From Candidatus Hadarchaeota archaeon (GTDB taxonomy: Archaea > CAYQAE01 > CAYVLA01), in NCBI GenBank assembly GCA_964621445.1, contig CAZUNO010000040.1:1-17146 (forward strand): 17,146 bases of DNA. Direction: 5' to 3'. The first letter of the stretch is position 1; each line of letters begins with the position of its first letter. Positions 1-8,800 of the stretch are shown one piece after another. The position numbers and the translations under genes are program-made. Below the pieces are notes generated by a model, which was given only the letters and a program-made list of their open reading frames with translations, ran no database searches and was not told the DNA's origin.

Positions 1-38
1 CTTAGACCACTAAACCAAAAACCGCGCCCACACAAGGC

Positions 39-779
39 TCATTCCCGAGCCTTAGGTAAGTTATCTTCGGAATCTTTGGTGACAATTAATCCGTCCTGTA
101 TTCTGAGTACCCTGTCTGCGATCCTGCCTACTCGTTTGTCGTGGGTGACTATGATCTCGGTTTTATTGTACTGGTCTCTTAGGTTTTTGAATAGGTCAAG
201 TATCCGGGACCCGGTTGCGGTGTCGATTTATCCGGTTGGTTCATCGGCTAGGATTATGGGAGGGTTATTTGTCAGGGCGGCCGCGATTGCTATTCTCTGT
301 TGCTCCCCTCCTGATAGTTCGTCAGGCCGGTGGTGCTCTCTGTCGGCCATATCAACAGCCTCCAATAACTGTTCGGTGGTTTTTTGTATATATTCGGCCG
401 GTTTCCCGGCTGCCTGTATAGGGAGTTCCACGTTCTCTCTGGCTGTTAGGGATGAGGAAAGGTTGAAGAACTGGAAGATTACGCCCACCACGTTGCGTCT
501 ATACCTGACCAGTTGAGACTCGTCCATTTCTGATATGCTTTCTCCCTCTACCCGGACCGAACCTGCTGTAGGTTGATCAAGCCCCGCCAAGATGTTGAGA
601 AGAGTTGTCTTTCCACAGCCTGAGGGACCCATTATGGCCACTATTTCACCTTTCTCCACATCCATATCGACACCTCGGAGCGCTATTACCTCCAGTTTCC
701 CGTTCTTATAAACCTTGATAAGATCCCTCACGGTTATGAGGCTTGGGCCTGGGTCCACATCGTTATTGTCATTGGGCAT
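39..779 (-). pseudogene. LolD/MacB-type ABC transporter ATP-binding protein with an in-frame nonsense codon
   Basis: Walker A GPSGCGKTT, Q-loop IFQFFNL, signature LSGGEQQR, Walker B IILADEPTG. A TAA at 228-230 follows, but the frame continues as IDTATGSRILDLFKNLRDQYNKTEIIVTHDKRVGRIADRVLRIQDG (D-loop and H-loop) to a TGA at 39-41. Confidence 0.88.
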
Positions 780-1358
780 CTAGTTCAACTTCCTTAAGAC
801 TTGGTTGATATTTATCCTTGAGACATGAATACCGATAATCATGGAAGAAGCCAAGAGAGCGAGCATAGACGCCAGGGTGAGGGGGAGAAGGCCCGCAGGG
901 AGGGAGAATAGCGGCGGGATGATGATATCTTCCATATGGAATGACGATATGGTCTGGAGGTATCCCGGTAGTAACCCTGCTACAATGCCGACGCCGACGC
1001 CCAGCAAGGATATAACCCATACCTGAACCAGGATGAGAAGGGTCTGCTGTTTCCTGCTCACCCATCTTGCTATCTGACGCGCCATTTCGCCTAGCCGAGG
1101 CCGGTAGGAGGAATATGTACCGAGGCAGAGGCCCAGGGAAGCTAGCGCTAGAACGAAGATAAACTCTACCTTGGTGTATGGAATAACCGTTCCTAGGACT
1201 GGGAAACGTTTCTCTAGCAGGTCTTATTCTGCGTCCGCGATAGATACCTGCCACCAGTACGATGTGGCGGGGTAAAGAGATGTGATTGAATGGGCAATAT
1301 TCTCACTAACCCTTGGATCCTCAACCTTGACCAGGCAATCTCTTCCCGTAGGCTGCGG
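780..1358 (-). pseudogene. 5'-truncated remnant of an FtsX/MacB-family ABC permease (C-terminal TM domain)
   Basis: The frame of the 780..1085 ORF extends upstream as ...LVKVEDPRVSENIAHSITSLYPATSYWWQVSIADAE*DLLEKRFPVLGTVIPYTKVEFIFVLALASLGLCLGTYSSYRPRLGEMARQIARWVSRKQQTLLILVQVWVISLLGVGVGIVAG... This matches the FtsX pattern TM - R.xEIA...G.SR.Q - TM - TM and ends in INQVLR. There is an in-frame TAA at 1224-1226 and a TAG at 1359-1361, with no N-terminal portion. It abuts the ATPase gene. Confidence 0.72.
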
Positions 1359-1372
1359 CTACGATGCAAGGA

Positions 1373-1567
1373 TCACCAACCGCCAAGCTCCAAGTCGCAG
1401 ACGGAGAGCCAGACTGGCAGCCTGGCCAAGAACTCGTCCGGCAGCAGGTGATCATCCTCCGAGCAGATCGCATGCCGCAGACTTGAGTCACTTGGCAGCC
1501 TCTTTCTGGCGAATTCCTTTAGCGGACGAATATCCAGGGGGAAGAGAGAACGCCCACCGGCCGTCAA
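1373..1567 (-). CDS. Small conserved-looking hypothetical protein (about 64 aa), possibly associated with archaeal mobile elements
   Basis: The sequence DIRPLKEFARKRLPSDSSLRHAICSEDDHLLPDEFLARLPVWL has an amphipathic-helix pattern. From memory it resembles small archaeal hypotheticals (I.PLK.FA...LP..S.LR..L..E.D.L...EFLAK...WL); this was not verified by search. Confidence 0.6.
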   Translation of the reverse strand: MTAGGRSLFPLDIRPLKEFARKRLPSDSSLRHAICSEDDHLLPDEFLARLPVWLSVCDLELGGW

Positions 1568-1622
1568 GTGACGACCACCACCTAGAGAATTTCTGGGAGG
1601 TCAAAACGTCCCGATTTCGGTG

Positions 1623-1700
1623 AAACCCACCTACTCAAAAAACCAAGCAAAATACTACACAGCAACCCTAGATCTAAAACCAAAACAACCAACCAAATAA
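1623..1700. other. Strongly strand-skewed C/A-rich low-complexity intergenic tract
   Basis: aaacccacctactcaaaaaaccaagcaaaatactacacagcaaccctagatctaaaaccaaaacaaccaaccaaataa is almost G-free on the + strand, unlike the rest of the window. Confidence 0.7.
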
Positions 1701-1729
1701 TTATGTCCCACAGCCCGCGCTGGGATCTT

Positions 1730-2776
1730 TCACCAAGCATGGTTTGTGCCGTCAACAATTGGATATGAGCCATAAGAGCGGCCGGCTTCCATCATGGCTA
1801 GGTAGTTATCTGGCTTGACCGCGGGATGTATGCTGTTGCTTGAGGCCAGGACGTATCCACCTTGGGGGGCAGCTCTTTGTATAGTATCCTTTACGGTGGC
1901 CACCACGTCGGTAGGTGAACCGGTGGATAGGAGGTGTCCGCAATCTATGTTACCCATAAGGCAGATGCGATCTCCGTATTGGTGTTTGACCTTGCCTATA
2001 TCCATCCCTGCAACCGGCTCCAGGGGGTCTATTGCAGTTATTCCTGCATCGACCATGAGGTCAAGAATGGGCCAGATATTGCCATCGGTATGTTTGATAT
2101 AGGGTATGCCGTGTTTCTTTGCCGTCCTTATGGTTTCCTTCAGGTAGGGCAAAACAAAGGACTTGAAATGGTCAAGGGACATTATGGGCCCGGCGCGGTT
2201 GCAGTAATCGTCACCGGTAACTATGGCATCAGCGCCAATCTCTATAGCCCTCTCTATGACCTCCTTCTTGTAATCGGTGACCATCCTGGCAAGCTTTTTG
2301 GCAAATCCCGGGTTCCTGTAGTAATCTATGAGCAGGTTTTTCATTCCACGGAGATAGTGTGAGAACTCAAAGGCCTCGTGAGATAGAAACACAACCGCTC
2401 TCTCTCCCCCAAATCTGTCAACCGTGTTTTCAAGGGTTTTCAAACGGTGGTCCGCGTGGGGATCAGGCGGGGTGTAGTTGGAGAGAGCCTCCTTCCCATC
2501 TATCGGTCCACCGCCTGGGTAGGTGAGCCCGCTGGGTTCAATCTTCCATGTAATATTCCACTCATCAATGTAGGTGGTCTTGTCAACCCTTTCAAGCATC
2601 TTTGTATCTTCAAAGATGGTGACCCCGTCATGGTTCTCCTTCTCAGCGAAGTCCAGATATGACATGTCACCGGCCAATGCCTGTATTACTGGTCTGTTGA
2701 TTATGAGTTCCCAGATGGGAACTCTATCCGGCTCCTCCAGCTGAAGGGCCCTTAACATCCTCTGACGTCCATTCAT
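1730..2776 (-). CDS. Uroporphyrinogen decarboxylase (URO-D) superfamily protein, MtaA/CmuA methyltransferase-like rather than HemE
   Basis: N-terminal MNGRQRMLRAL..EEPDRVP, then GADAIVTGDD, PYIKHTDGNI, IDPLEP, LMGNIDC and GGYVLASSNSIH. It lacks the HemE RQAGRY motif. Start taken at ATG 2776 (GGGGT upstream); the ORF could extend to 2800. Confidence 0.85.
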   Translation of the reverse strand: MNGRQRMLRALQLEEPDRVPIWELIINRPVIQALAGDMSYLDFAEKENHDGVTIFEDTKMLERVDKTTYIDEWNITWKIEPSGLTYPGGGPIDGKEALSNYTPPDPHADHRLKTLENTVDRFGGERAVVFLSHEAFEFSHYLRGMKNLLIDYYRNPGFAKKLARMVTDYKKEVIERAIEIGADAIVTGDDYCNRAGPIMSLDHFKSFVLPYLKETIRTAKKHGIPYIKHTDGNIWPILDLMVDAGITAIDPLEPVAGMDIGKVKHQYGDRICLMGNIDCGHLLSTGSPTDVVATVKDTIQRAAPQGGYVLASSNSIHPAVKPDNYLAMMEAGRSYGSYPIVDGTNHAW

Positions 2777-2884
2777 GGTTACCCCAAGAAAGGGTTGCAC
2801 AATGCCTTATGATTCTTTTTCATCCAACCGGCTATGATTTATCTATCTTTGAAACCAGGGGGAGGGGATTTGAGTTGAGGTATC

Positions 2885-4264
2885 ATGGTTATAGATAAAG
2901 AGCCCTACTACCAGGGATCAAGACTGGAATTGTTCGTGGAGGATTTTCTGATAGAGGAACTGAAAAACGCCGAAAGGCGAATACACCACCCGGTTCCCCA
3001 GGAGAGGTCAATTACCTTTGATCGTCCATGGGAGGGGAACACCTCCACCTACGTGACCGTTTTCGAGGACGGTGATATTTACCGTATGTATTACAGGGGG
3101 AGCAATTACGACTGGGAGGAGGAAGAGAGCAGAGAATGCTTCACCTGTTATGCCGAGAGCGATGATGGTTTGAACTGGAGAAGACCGGATCTTGGTATCT
3201 TCGAGTACCTTGGATCAAAGAATAACAACATAGTCTGGAAGGGCTTAGGAACTCATAACTTCTCCCCATTCAAGGATAAGAATCCGGATTGCGAGAGAGG
3301 AAGGAAGTACAAGGCTATAGGTGGTTCAGTGAGGGAGGGAGGGCTCTTTGCATTCCATTCTGCCGACGGAGTTCATTGGGAGCTAACTCTGGATGAACCG
3401 GTCATCAAGAGTGATAATAGGTCAAAATACAAGTTTGATTCTCAGAACATAGCCTTTTGGGATAGGGAAGCTGGGCTATATCGGGAATATCATCGTGGTT
3501 CAAGAGAGAAATATCGTGACATATTGACATCCACTTCACGTGATTTCCTAAACTGGTCCGAGCCGGTATTTTTGGATTTTGGGGAATGCTCCCTGGAGCA
3601 CCTCTACACGAATGCAGTGGTTCCATACCCCAGGGCAGAACACATACTGCTCGGGTTTCCTAAGAGATTTCTAACCAAGCGAAAGAAAGTCCTCGACCAT
3701 CCTCTCCCCGGTGTTTCGGATGGAGTTTTAATGGCCAGTAGAGACGGGGTTACCTGGGAGCGCTGGCTGGAGGCCTTGGTTAGGCCGGGTCTGCAGAGAG
3801 AAAGATGGTGGGAGAGAAATAACATGATCGCCCGCGGGCTACTGTTGACCGAGGGCAGAATACCGGGAACTCCTCGGGAGATTTCCATATACCTGAATGA
3901 GGGTTACTACGAGACGGGAACCGGGCTTAGAAGGCATACCCTGCGAATGGACGGCTTCGTCTCCATACATTCGGGGTCCGAGGAAGGGGAGATCATGACC
4001 CGTGATATCATCTTTGAGGGGGAAGAGCTCCTGGTAAATTACTCCACCTCGGCTGCAGGCTGGATAAGGGCGGAGATACTGGACACGAACTCGGATCCCA
4101 TCCCCGGGTTTGAGCTTCGTAGATGCGAGGAGATATACGGGGATGAATTGGAAGGGCTGGTAACCTGGGATGGTGACGGAGATCTATCGGAGCTCAGCTG
4201 CCGGCCCATAAAGCTCCGTTTCAAGTTGAGGGATGCCGATATATATTCCTTCCGGTTTGCGTGA
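2885..4264 (+). CDS. Uncharacterised glycoside-hydrolase-like five-bladed beta-propeller protein with a C-terminal beta-sandwich, cytoplasmic
   Basis: 459-aa ORF with a GAGGT RBS. It has repeated Asp-box-like motifs (YAESDDGLNW, HSADGVHW, TSRDFLNW, ASRDGVTW), plus FDRPWEGN, YRMYYRG, FDSQN, LRMDGFVS and a terminal LRFKLRDADIYSFRF. No signal peptide is evident. Confidence 0.7.
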   Translation: MVIDKEPYYQGSRLELFVEDFLIEELKNAERRIHHPVPQERSITFDRPWEGNTSTYVTVFEDGDIYRMYYRGSNYDWEEEESRECFTCYAESDDGLNWRRPDLGIFEYLGSKNNNIVWKGLGTHNFSPFKDKNPDCERGRKYKAIGGSVREGGLFAFHSADGVHWELTLDEPVIKSDNRSKYKFDSQNIAFWDREAGLYREYHRGSREKYRDILTSTSRDFLNWSEPVFLDFGECSLEHLYTNAVVPYPRAEHILLGFPKRFLTKRKKVLDHPLPGVSDGVLMASRDGVTWERWLEALVRPGLQRERWWERNNMIARGLLLTEGRIPGTPREISIYLNEGYYETGTGLRRHTLRMDGFVSIHSGSEEGEIMTRDIIFEGEELLVNYSTSAAGWIRAEILDTNSDPIPGFELRRCEEIYGDELEGLVTWDGDGDLSELSCRPIKLRFKLRDADIYSFRFA

Positions 4265-4273
4265 AATCCGTTT

Positions 4274-5494
4274 TCAAATCTCCAGTCTGGTGGAGGATAC
4301 CTCTCGATAAGCTCTGCGCCTAATCATCAGAGTCCATAGTATGGTCCCCGACATGATGGCGGCCGAGGTTATGGCTAACCACTCCGATACGTATACCCAG
4401 AACATTGCCTCGTCCTTGAGGGCAACGGCATCGCTGGTGATCTCGGCTACCTGATTTGATAGGGAGTCCATTGTATCCACGGATGTAGCATAGTCCTGTT
4501 GGAGGTAGTAAGCGGTGGCCCGTGTCACATCGCCTTCCAGGTCACCCAGCTTTTCCGAAAGGGTCACCGTGTTCGCCCCAAATCTATAGGCCCAGTCCAT
4601 CATGGAAAGAACTAGTGACTTTTCCTTCTGGAATGAGTATATAAGCGATCGAGCCTCCCTCCTTGCGTGGATGTCGGTTATCATCGGTCGTCCTAGGGAG
4701 TAGAGGATTAGGTTTGTGGCCATATCAATTGCGTATGGGTTTTCTCCCCGTGAGTTGGGGGTTGTAGACCACCACTGCCTGTTAAACTCATCCCCGCAGA
4801 CCCAGGTCAGGCCGGGGTTGGATCCATAAGGTTCCCAAGACACCAGCCAGGGAAAATCAACCGGTTGCATATATGCCCAGATCTTGGCCCCCTGACGGGG
4901 CTTCATCTTGGCGTATGCATCCCCGGTCACCTTTTCCATTCCAAGATCTATGAAGGGAAGGAATACCGGGTTCCTATTTCTAACAAATCGCACTTTCCAG
5001 CTTTGGTGGAAATAGAAATCGTACTCGGATATGGGCATTAGATCATACATTATTGTGGGTTCAAATGCGTGGATCCACCCCGGGCCGAAGCTTGATAGCG
5101 AGGGTATCCCTGCTTCCCTGAAGGCATAGTCTATGTCCCTGAACTGCCTGGAAGTATAATGTTGTATGCGGGCGTCAGAAAAAACAAAGAACTGGTAGCT
5201 CTCCACGAGGGCATTTCTGGTCCTCGGGAAGTAAATCCGGTCTATTTTCCGCTTCTCCCTATCGCCCATATCTACTGGAACCGGCTCCACGCTGTACTTG
5301 AATAGGGGATCTTGTATGAAAAATCCGGTGAACGGACAACGCGTTGGATCCACGGAGCCGATGACAAAGCAATTTATGCGTTCCGGGGAACCCTGGACGA
5401 TAGCTGCGTTTATACAAAAAAGGACCGCCAGGATAGTTGGAAAAGCATGGCGAATATTAACTTTGCCGAATGGTAGTAGATGAATGGTTCTCAT
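4274..5494 (-). CDS. Secreted, C-terminally membrane-anchored hypothetical protein (divergent GATase1-like domain, helical stalk, TM); paralog of 8906..10141
   Basis: N-terminal hydrophobic signal (FPTILAVLFCINAAIV) and a C-terminal TM followed by a basic tail (FWVYVSEWLAITSAAIMSGTILWTLMIRRRAYREVSSTR). It aligns by eye with the 411-aa ORF. Confidence 0.8.
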   Translation of the reverse strand: MRTIHLLPFGKVNIRHAFPTILAVLFCINAAIVQGSPERINCFVIGSVDPTRCPFTGFFIQDPLFKYSVEPVPVDMGDREKRKIDRIYFPRTRNALVESYQFFVFSDARIQHYTSRQFRDIDYAFREAGIPSLSSFGPGWIHAFEPTIMYDLMPISEYDFYFHQSWKVRFVRNRNPVFLPFIDLGMEKVTGDAYAKMKPRQGAKIWAYMQPVDFPWLVSWEPYGSNPGLTWVCGDEFNRQWWSTTPNSRGENPYAIDMATNLILYSLGRPMITDIHARREARSLIYSFQKEKSLVLSMMDWAYRFGANTVTLSEKLGDLEGDVTRATAYYLQQDYATSVDTMDSLSNQVAEITSDAVALKDEAMFWVYVSEWLAITSAAIMSGTILWTLMIRRRAYREVSSTRLEI

Positions 5495-5717
5495 GATTTC
5501 ACTTTGGAATCTCGAGAGATCCTAAACTCAAGTCAAGCTCGACCGACCTCGAATCCAGTAGCACCCGATTAAGGCTGGGGACTTAGAATCGTACTTCTTA
5601 CCTGGCTTAAAAGGATTTTTGGCCCCGATACATTTTCTAATCAAATTGTCGATATCTGGGAATCGGGCATCTCAAATCGTTATGTATATTCTACCTTCTC
5701 TAGACAAAAAGAGGATA

Positions 5718-5751
5718 TTTATAAATTTGTATAATAGCGTTATGCGAATTT
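5718..5751 (+). promoter_or_regulatory. Putative archaeal TATA box (TTTATAAA, 5718-5725) overlapped by an imperfect inverted repeat (5723-5751)
   Basis: AAATTTGTATAA-tagcg-TTATGCGAATTT has 10/12 matching arms. It lies in the AT-rich divergent intergenic region about 100 nt upstream of the oxidoreductase gene. Confidence 0.5.
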
Positions 5752-5823
5752 GATCAATCTTACTGGCGACTTTGAGTATCCCATTCTTGTCATTGAAGTC
5801 AGGCATTTGAAGAGGCGGTATTG

Positions 5824-8800
5824 ATGAGCAGTAAAAGTATCTCCAGTCAAGGTGAGCTTCAAAAACTCGGCCAAAGGGCTAAATCAAGTATCGAAAACTC
5901 ATCCGCAAGAACCATCGTCAGGATTCATATGGGAACCTGTGGTATTGCGTCCGGGTCCCGTGAGGCGAAAAATTACCTGGAGGAAAATCTTGAGGATTTG
6001 GGTCTCGATCTGAGGGTCCTGGAGGTCGGATGCTGTGGTGCCTGCCATCAGGAACCCATGATAACCGTGATTGACCCTGATGGAACCGAAACCATGTACG
6101 GCGATCTGGATCAGGAAAAGCTTGATATCATAATCAACGATCACCTGGCGAATGGAAACATCGTCGAGGATCTAAAGACGGATGGAAATTCTCCCTTTTT
6201 CCAGAAACAGGAGAAGAGGGTTACCCGTCTCCTGGGAGTAGTGGACCCCTACGACATACTCGATTATTTGGCATATGACGGTTACCGAGGTTTGGCCAAA
6301 GCGCTTTCCATGAACCCTGAGGAAACGATCGCTGAGGTAAAGGAGTCCGGACTAAAAGGTCGGGGAGGGGCCGGGTTCCCTACTGGTGTAAAGTGGGGAT
6401 TTGCCGCCAATGCCCAGGGCGATAAAAAATACATGATCTGCAATGCGGATGAGGGGGATCCCGGAGCCTACATGGACCGGGCAATAATCGAGGGAAGTCC
6501 CCATTCTGTTTTGGAAGGCCTGGCAATTGCGGCTCATGCAATAGGTGCAAATGAGGGCTTCGTATATATTCGGGCGGAGTACCCGCTTGCAGTTAAGATA
6601 CTAAGAAATGCCATAAAACAGGCCCGAGAGTACGGATTACTGGGAAAGAATATTCTGGGAAGCGGCTTTAATTTTGATATACAGATATACCTCGGCGCGG
6701 GAGCATTCGTTTGTGGCGAGGAGACGGCCTTAATCGCATCCATCGAGGGAAAAAGGGGTAATCCGGTGCCAAAGCCGCCTTTCCCGGCCAATAAGGGCCT
6801 TCATGGAAAGCCCACTATAATAAATAACGTCAAGACATTGAGCAACGTACCCCTGATCTTCCTAAAAGGTGCGGACTGGTTCTCCTCGGTGGGTACGGAG
6901 ACGAGCAAGGGAACCATGATCTTCTCCCTTACAGGAAAGGTCAAAAGAGCAGGGCTTATAGAAGTTCCACTAGGTATACCACTGGGAGACATCATATTTG
7001 ACATCGGAGGGGGCATTCCTTCAGGCAAGGAGTTCAAGGCCGTCCAGCTAGGTGGCCCATCCGGGGGTTGTATACCTTCTCAATATCTCAACACACCCGT
7101 GGACTACCATGATATCGAAGCACTGGGTGCCATAATGGGCTCCGGTGGCATGATCGTCATGGACGAGGATTCTTGCATGCCCGACATGGCCAGGTTTTTC
7201 ATGGAGTTCACCAAGGAGGAATCCTGCGGGAAATGTACGCCATGCAGGGCAGGCATACCCCAGATGCTCCGGCTATTGGACAAGATAGTCGAGGGTGGGG
7301 CCATACCCGAGGATCTGGAGAGGCTAGAGGATCTTGCACTCACCATCAAGGATTGCTCCCTTTGTGGCCTCGGACAGACAGCGCCCAATCCAGTTCTGAG
7401 CACCCTTCGTCACTTCAGGGATGAGTATCTTGCTCACATCATCGATCAGAAGTGTTCTGCGGCAACCTGTGAGACGTTATTCCGATCACCCTGCCAGCAC
7501 GCATGTCCTCTAGGAAATGACATTCCTGGCGCATTATGGCTGATAAAGCAGGGGCGTTACGAGGATGCCTTTAAGTTGATAAGGAGATTCAATCCCTTGC
7601 CATCGGTTTGTGGCAGGGTCTGCGTCCACTTTTGTGAGAACAAATGTAGAAGGTCTCAGATCGATGAAAACCTATCCATTAATCACCTATTGAGGTGCGC
7701 CTCCGATCAGGCCTTGAAAGCTGGTGTTGATTATCATCCCGATATCCAGGAGGATAGGAATCAGCGGATCGCTATCATTGGAGGTGGACCGGCGGGTCTA
7801 TCCGCTGCTTACGACCTGGCTCTCTACGGATATAAGGTCAAGATATTCGAGGCCACATCAGAGGTGGGGGGCATGTTGATCTGGGGTATTCCCGCCTACA
7901 GACTCCCTAGAGATGTTTTCAGGGCCGATGTAAAGGTATTACGAGACTTGGGGGTGGAGATTGAGGTAAATAGGAAGATAGAGGACCCCCAGGAGCTCCT
8001 GGAGAAGGGATACGATGCCGTTTTCGTGGCCACGGGCCTACCGGAGGGTAGAAAGCTGGGCCTGGAGGGAGAGGACCTTGAAGGGTCATATGAAGGCCTA
8101 GACTTACTGAGACGTATCAACTCCGGTGAGCAAATCGAAGTCGGCAATTCCGTGGTAATCATCGGTGGAGGAAACGTTGCCATCGACGTAGCCAGAGTAT
8201 GTAGAAGAATGGGCGCAGAGGATGTCAGGATACTCTACAGGCGTGAAAGGAAGGACATGCCGGCAATTGATAATGAGATCGAAGATGCCCTGGAAGAGGG
8301 AGTGACCATCATTCCTTTGACGACCGTGGAGAGGGTTCTTGGAAAAGGAGGTAAGGTATCTGGCTTGGTATGCTCCCGCATGGAGCTTGGGGTTTTCGAT
8401 AGCAGCTGTCGCAGGAGACCCAAAAAGATGGAGGACTCCGAGTTCCAGATGGAGGTAGATACTTTTATCCAGGCCGTGGGACAGAAACCCGAGGAGGGAG
8501 TGTTTGAGGGTAAGCTGGAGCTAAATGACAGGGAGTTGATATCGGTGAATAACAGAACACTTGAAACCGATGTCAAAGGCATTTTCGCAGGCGGAGATGC
8601 AGTAACTGGTGCAAGTACGGTGGTCGAGGCCATTGCTGCCGGTCAGAGTGCTGCACTGTCCATACATTGCCACGTCCAGGGCCGTCAAATTCCCGAGAGG
8701 ATGCGGAGGGAAATCGGTGAAAGTCTGGACCTTCCCTACGAAGAGGTGGAAGTTGATGAGGGTCAACGTGTTAGCTGGGGTTGCTGCCCTCCCAAGGAAA

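Noticed and set aside
228-230. Stop-codon readthrough (Sec/Pyl or alternative genetic code) in the ABC ATPase
   Set aside because: The codon is TAA, not TGA or TAG, and TAA ends the heR, SGR and MBL genes normally.
76-516. 146-aa plus-strand ORF, and similar antisense ORFs over livF/livG/livH, URO-D, the NuoF fusion and livK
   Set aside because: These are shadow ORFs antisense to, or out of frame with, well-supported genes.
769-1254. 161-aa minus-strand ORF
   Set aside because: It is an alternative frame over the permease remnant, Arg/Pro-rich with no motifs; the other frame carries the FtsX pattern.
1582-1773. 63-aa hydrophobic ORF that looks like a small membrane protein
   Set aside because: Its hydrophobicity comes from the G/T-rich low-complexity tract, and it overlaps the URO-D 3' end.
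1730-2776. URO-D gene as hemE forming a tetrapyrrole pathway with SGR
   Set aside because: It lacks HemE catalytic motifs and lies more than 8 kb away with unrelated genes between; nothing supports a link.
5548-5556. CTCGAATCC shared upstream of both GATase-like paralogs (also at 10175-10183)
   Set aside because: It is only 9 nt and at different distances from the starts, which is compatible with chance.
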